A stretch of DNA of 64,000 nt from Chloroflexota bacterium (GTDB lineage Bacteria; Chloroflexota; Anaerolineae; UBA1429), in assembly GCA_019873625.1 (NCBI GenBank), contig JAIOAW010000006.1:13252-77251 (forward strand), in the 5' to 3' direction. Under the pieces are notes generated by a model. It saw only the letters and a list, made by a program, of their open reading frames with translations, did no database searches and was not told the origin of the DNA. Numbering within the stretch: the stretch's first letter is position 1; each line of letters starts with the position of its first letter. This document shows positions 60,520 through 64,000 of this stretch, piece after piece. Position numbers and translations under genes: made by a program.

Positions 60520-61596
60520 ATGAAAGCCCAGTTGATCTACAACCCAGTGGCGGGCCTGCGCGATGCCGAACAGGACCTCCAGCAAGCCATCGCCTTCTTA
60601 GAAGGGCAGGGCTGGGAGGTGCGTATGCGGCGCACCTTGGGCCGGGGAGACGCCATCACCTATGCCCGAGAGGCCGCGGCCAGCGGCTGCGATATCGTCA
60701 TCGCCGCGGGCGGCGATGGGACCTTGGGCGAGGTAGCCACGGGGTTGGTGGGCACCGAATGTCTGCTCGGCGTGCTGCCCGTGGGCACGGGGAACGTATG
60801 GGCGCATATGGTGCGGCTGCCCGTTTGGTCGCCCACCTACCGCACGGCCCTTCTCGATGCGGCGCGCATCTTGGTGAGCGGCCAACAGCGCCTGGTGGAT
60901 GTGGGCAAGGCCGGCGAACGGTACTTTGTGCTATGGTGCGGCATCGGGTTCGACGCCGCCGTGGCGCGCACCGTCGAGCCGCACCGCGAGATTCGCCGCA
61001 GTTTGGGGAACATTACCTATGTGGTGGTGGCCCTGGCCCAAAGTCTGAGTATGCGCGGCATCCGCGCTACGGTGGCAGTGGATGGCAAGGCCGTGCGCGA
61101 GCGTGTCTTGATGATCGTGGTTAGCAACGCGCGGCTGTACGGCCCTTCTTGGCCGCTGGCGCCGCTGGCCCAATTGGATGACGGCCTGCTCGAGGTGTAC
61201 ATCTTTCGAGGCGGGAGCACGCTTGACCTGTTCCGCCATTTTGTCACGCTCCTCTTGGGCAGGCACCATCAGAACCCGCGCGTCGAGTGGCATCGGGCGC
61301 GCACCATCGAGGTGCGCGGCGAGAGGCCCCTCCCCGTGCATCTGGATGGCGACCCCGCCGGCTATACGCCGGTGGCCATCAGCGTGGTGCCCAGGGCGCT
61401 CCGCGTGATCCTCCCCGAGGAGACGGCCCCGTCTCTCTTTCAAGGGGAACTCGCGGTGGAGGAGGAGGCCCCTTCCTTGGGCGCGCGGCTGGCGCAGTAC
61501 CTCGCCCACCAGCGCGAATATTGGCGCGGCGAGGGCGAGCGGCTGCGCGCGGATTTGAAACGCCTGGGCTTCCCCCATGGGGAAGACGAAGCGTAG
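60520..61596 (+). CDS. Diacylglycerol-kinase-family lipid kinase (YegS/BmrU-like)
   Basis: MKAQLIYNPVAG…DIVIAAGGDGTLGEV… DAGK catalytic-domain motifs. Confidence 0.8.
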   Translation: MKAQLIYNPVAGLRDAEQDLQQAIAFLEGQGWEVRMRRTLGRGDAITYAREAAASGCDIVIAAGGDGTLGEVATGLVGTECLLGVLPVGTGNVWAHMVRLPVWSPTYRTALLDAARILVSGQQRLVDVGKAGERYFVLWCGIGFDAAVARTVEPHREIRRSLGNITYVVVALAQSLSMRGIRATVAVDGKAVRERVLMIVVSNARLYGPSWPLAPLAQLDDGLLEVYIFRGGSTLDLFRHFVTLLLGRHHQNPRVEWHRARTIEVRGERPLPVHLDGDPAGYTPVAISVVPRALRVILPEETAPSLFQGELAVEEEAPSLGARLAQYLAHQREYWRGEGERLRADLKRLGFPHGEDEA

Positions 61597-61631
61597 GCGG
61601 AGATTGCATACGGCGATAGGAGTTCGGCGGC

Positions 61632-64000
61632 GTGAGCGAATTCGTCCATCTGCATGTGCACAGCGAATATTCCCTGTTGGACGGGCTGGCCAAGTTGCCC
61701 GACCTCTGCCAGCGGGCCGTGGAATATGGGATGCCGGCCCTGGCGCTCACCGACCACGGCCAGATGTACGGCACCATCAAATTCGCGCGGGCGGCGGCGA
61801 ACGCCGGCCTCAAACCCATCTTCGGCTGCGAGGTCTATCAGGCCCCCCGTTCCCGGCACGATCGCGACCCTCGGCTGGATAGCAAGGCCTATCACCTGAT
61901 CCTCCTTGCCCAGAATATGACGGGGTACAAAAACCTCCTGTGGCTGGTAACCCAAGGGAACCTCGAGGGCTTTTACTATCGCCCGCGGATTGATAAGGAT
62001 CTCCTGGCCCAGCGCGCCGAGGGCCTCATCGCCCTGAGCGCTTGCCTCTCAGGCGAGATCCCCTCGCTCATCGCCGAAGGGCGCCTGGAAGAGGCGCGCC
62101 GCGCGGTGGCGTGGTTCAAAGACGTGTTCGGCGCCGAGAGGTTTTATCTCGAATTGCAGCGCCACGAGGGCCTGCCCGAATTGGACCAGGTGAATCGCCA
62201 TCTCTTGGAGATGGCGCGCGCCTTCGGCCTCAAATGCGTGGCCACGAATGACGTCCACTATGTGCGCCGCGAACAGGCCGCCGCGCAAGAGTTGCTCTTG
62301 GCGATGCAAACGAACACGACCATCTCCGATCCCTCGCGTATGCGTATGGGGAGCGATGACTATCACTTTGCCTCGCCCGAGGAGATGGCTCTCTCGATGG
62401 CCGAATGCCCCGAGGCCTTGACGAATACCCTGCGCATCGCCGAGATGTGCGAGGTGGACCTGAGTTTTCAGGGCTACCGCCTGCCCAAATTCCCTGTGCC
62501 ACCGCCCTATGACGCCCAGAGTTACCTGCGTATGTTGTGCGAAGAGGGCCTCAAGCGCCGCTACGAGCGCATCACGCCCGAAATCCAGGCCCGGTTGGAT
62601 CACGAACTGGCCGTCATCCACGATATGGGGTTCGACGACTATTTCCTCATCACCGAAGACCTGGTGCGCTGGGCCAAGCACGAGGCCAAGATGCTCGTCG
62701 GCCCTGGCCGTGGCTCGGGCGCAAGCAGCCTGGTGGCCTATGCCCTGGGCATTACGGATATCGAGCCGCTGGGGTTGGGGCTTATCTTTGAGCGCTTTCT
62801 CAACCCTGGCCGCGTTACGATGCCCGATATTGACCTCGATTACCCCGAAGATCGTCGCCAAGAGGTGATCGATTACCTCACCCGCCGCTACGGCGAGGAT
62901 CGTACGGCGCAGATCGCCACCTTCGGCACGATGGCGGCGCGGGGGGCCATCCGCGATGTGGGGCGGGCCTTGGGCATCCCTTTGCAGGATGTAGATTACA
63001 TCGCCAAACTCATCCCCGGCGGCCCCAAAAAGCGCATCGAAGATGGCCTCAACGAAGTGGCGGAACTCAAACAGGCCTATGAAACGCAGCCCTGGGTGAA
63101 AAAACTCATTGACTGTTCGCTCAGCGTCGAGGGGGTGTCTAAGCACCTCTCCACCCATGCGGCGGGCGTCATCATCTCGGATAGGCCGCTCATCGAATAC
63201 ACGCCCCTCCAACGCGCCCCCCGCGGCGAGGGGATCATCTCGCAGTTCTGTATGGAGGATATCGAGGCCATCGGCCTCCTGAAACTGGACGTCTTAGGCC
63301 TTTCGACCCTGACGGTGATTGACCGCGCGCTCCGCTGGGTGGAGCGCACGACAGGGCGCACCCTGAGGCCAGAAGATATCCCTATGGATGACCCCGAGAC
63401 CTATGCCCTCCTTTCATCCGGCGAGGTGACGGGCGTCTTCCAGGTGGAAAGCGCGGGGATGCGGCGCGTCCTGCGGGATATGCAACCCACCGAATTCACG
63501 GATATCGTGGCCATTTTGGGGCTATACCGCCCTGGGCCGATGGCCTACATCCCCAGTTACATTGACCGCAAGTTCGGCCGCGAGCCGATTACGTATGCCC
63601 ACCCCAAGTTGGAACCGATCCTCGCCGAGACCTATGGCATCATCGTCTATCAAGAGCAGGTGATCCAAATCGCGATGCAACTGGCCGGCTTCACGCCCGC
63701 CGAGGCCGACCTGATGCGCCGCGCGATGGGCAAAAAGAAGCGCAAGGCGCTCGACCAACAGCGCGCCAAGTTCATCCAAGGCGCAGCGGCCAACGGCATC
63801 CCCCAGGAGGTGGCCGAGGCCATCTTTGCGGATATCGAGGCCTTTGCGGATTACGGGTTTAACAAATCCCACGGGGCGGCCTACGCCGTCATCACCTTGC
63901 AGACGGCTTATCTCAAGTGCCACTATCCCGTCGAGTTTATGGCGGCGCTCCTCTCGGTGGAGCGCGGCAACTTGGAGAAGGTGGCCTTTTTCATCGGCGA
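61632..64000 (+). CDS. dnaE: DNA polymerase III alpha subunit (N-terminal ~790 aa; continues beyond the window)
   Basis: GTG start, then FVHLHVHSEYSLLDG (PHP domain), …PDIDLDY…, …LKLDVLGLSTL…, FNKSHGAAYA polymerase motifs; no stop before the window end. Confidence 0.9.
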   Translation, partial: MSEFVHLHVHSEYSLLDGLAKLPDLCQRAVEYGMPALALTDHGQMYGTIKFARAAANAGLKPIFGCEVYQAPRSRHDRDPRLDSKAYHLILLAQNMTGYKNLLWLVTQGNLEGFYYRPRIDKDLLAQRAEGLIALSACLSGEIPSLIAEGRLEEARRAVAWFKDVFGAERFYLELQRHEGLPELDQVNRHLLEMARAFGLKCVATNDVHYVRREQAAAQELLLAMQTNTTISDPSRMRMGSDDYHFASPEEMALSMAECPEALTNTLRIAEMCEVDLSFQGYRLPKFPVPPPYDAQSYLRMLCEEGLKRRYERITPEIQARLDHELAVIHDMGFDDYFLITEDLVRWAKHEAKMLVGPGRGSGASSLVAYALGITDIEPLGLGLIFERFLNPGRVTMPDIDLDYPEDRRQEVIDYLTRRYGEDRTAQIATFGTMAARGAIRDVGRALGIPLQDVDYIAKLIPGGPKKRIEDGLNEVAELKQAYETQPWVKKLIDCSLSVEGVSKHLSTHAAGVIISDRPLIEYTPLQRAPRGEGIISQFCMEDIEAIGLLKLDVLGLSTLTVIDRALRWVERTTGRTLRPEDIPMDDPETYALLSSGEVTGVFQVESAGMRRVLRDMQPTEFTDIVAILGLYRPGPMAYIPSYIDRKFGREPITYAHPKLEPILAETYGIIVYQEQVIQIAMQLAGFTPAEADLMRRAMGKKKRKALDQQRAKFIQGAAANGIPQEVAEAIFADIEAFADYGFNKSHGAAYAVITLQTAYLKCHYPVEFMAALLSVERGNLEKVAFFIG

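Overview
High-GC (about 65%) bacterial chromosomal segment, densely packed with about 48 protein-coding genes. I found no rRNA, tRNA, CRISPR array, transposase or integrase. Housekeeping genes (recA, tilS, rlmI-like, thpR, hemW, alaX, lhr, a DHH-CBS-fused CCA-adding enzyme, 5' part of dnaE) are interleaved with accessory functions: a sulfatase + GH2 beta-galactosidase pair, a rhomboid protease followed by a three-gene exopolysaccharide-synthase operon whose processive GT2 synthase carries an N-terminal MshEN (c-di-GMP-binding) domain, a Fur-family regulator + CbiMNQO-type Ni/Co ECF importer operon, two tandem paralogous GT-C-like membrane proteins of contrasting GC content, a large secreted protein with four PPC domains and a Thr/Pro-repeat tail, ZIP, MFS and ABC-2 transporters. 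The single most interesting observation is a small thioredoxin-fold (YuzD/DUF1462-like) gene at 13111..13470 (-) that the ORF track splits at an in-frame TGA. The TGA sits at the second position of the redox motif and is followed 9 nt later by a stable hairpin, which is the expected arrangement for a selenocysteine codon plus bacterial SECIS element; this is a candidate selenoprotein. Several near-consensus sigma70-like promoters with perfect palindromes overlapping the -10 element were also found (selenoprotein gene, fur-family gene, AIR-synthase-related gene), plus a 180-bp tandem stem-loop repeat element between lhr and a PHP phosphoesterase gene. Many long ORFs in the track are antisense artefacts typical of high-GC DNA and were rejected.
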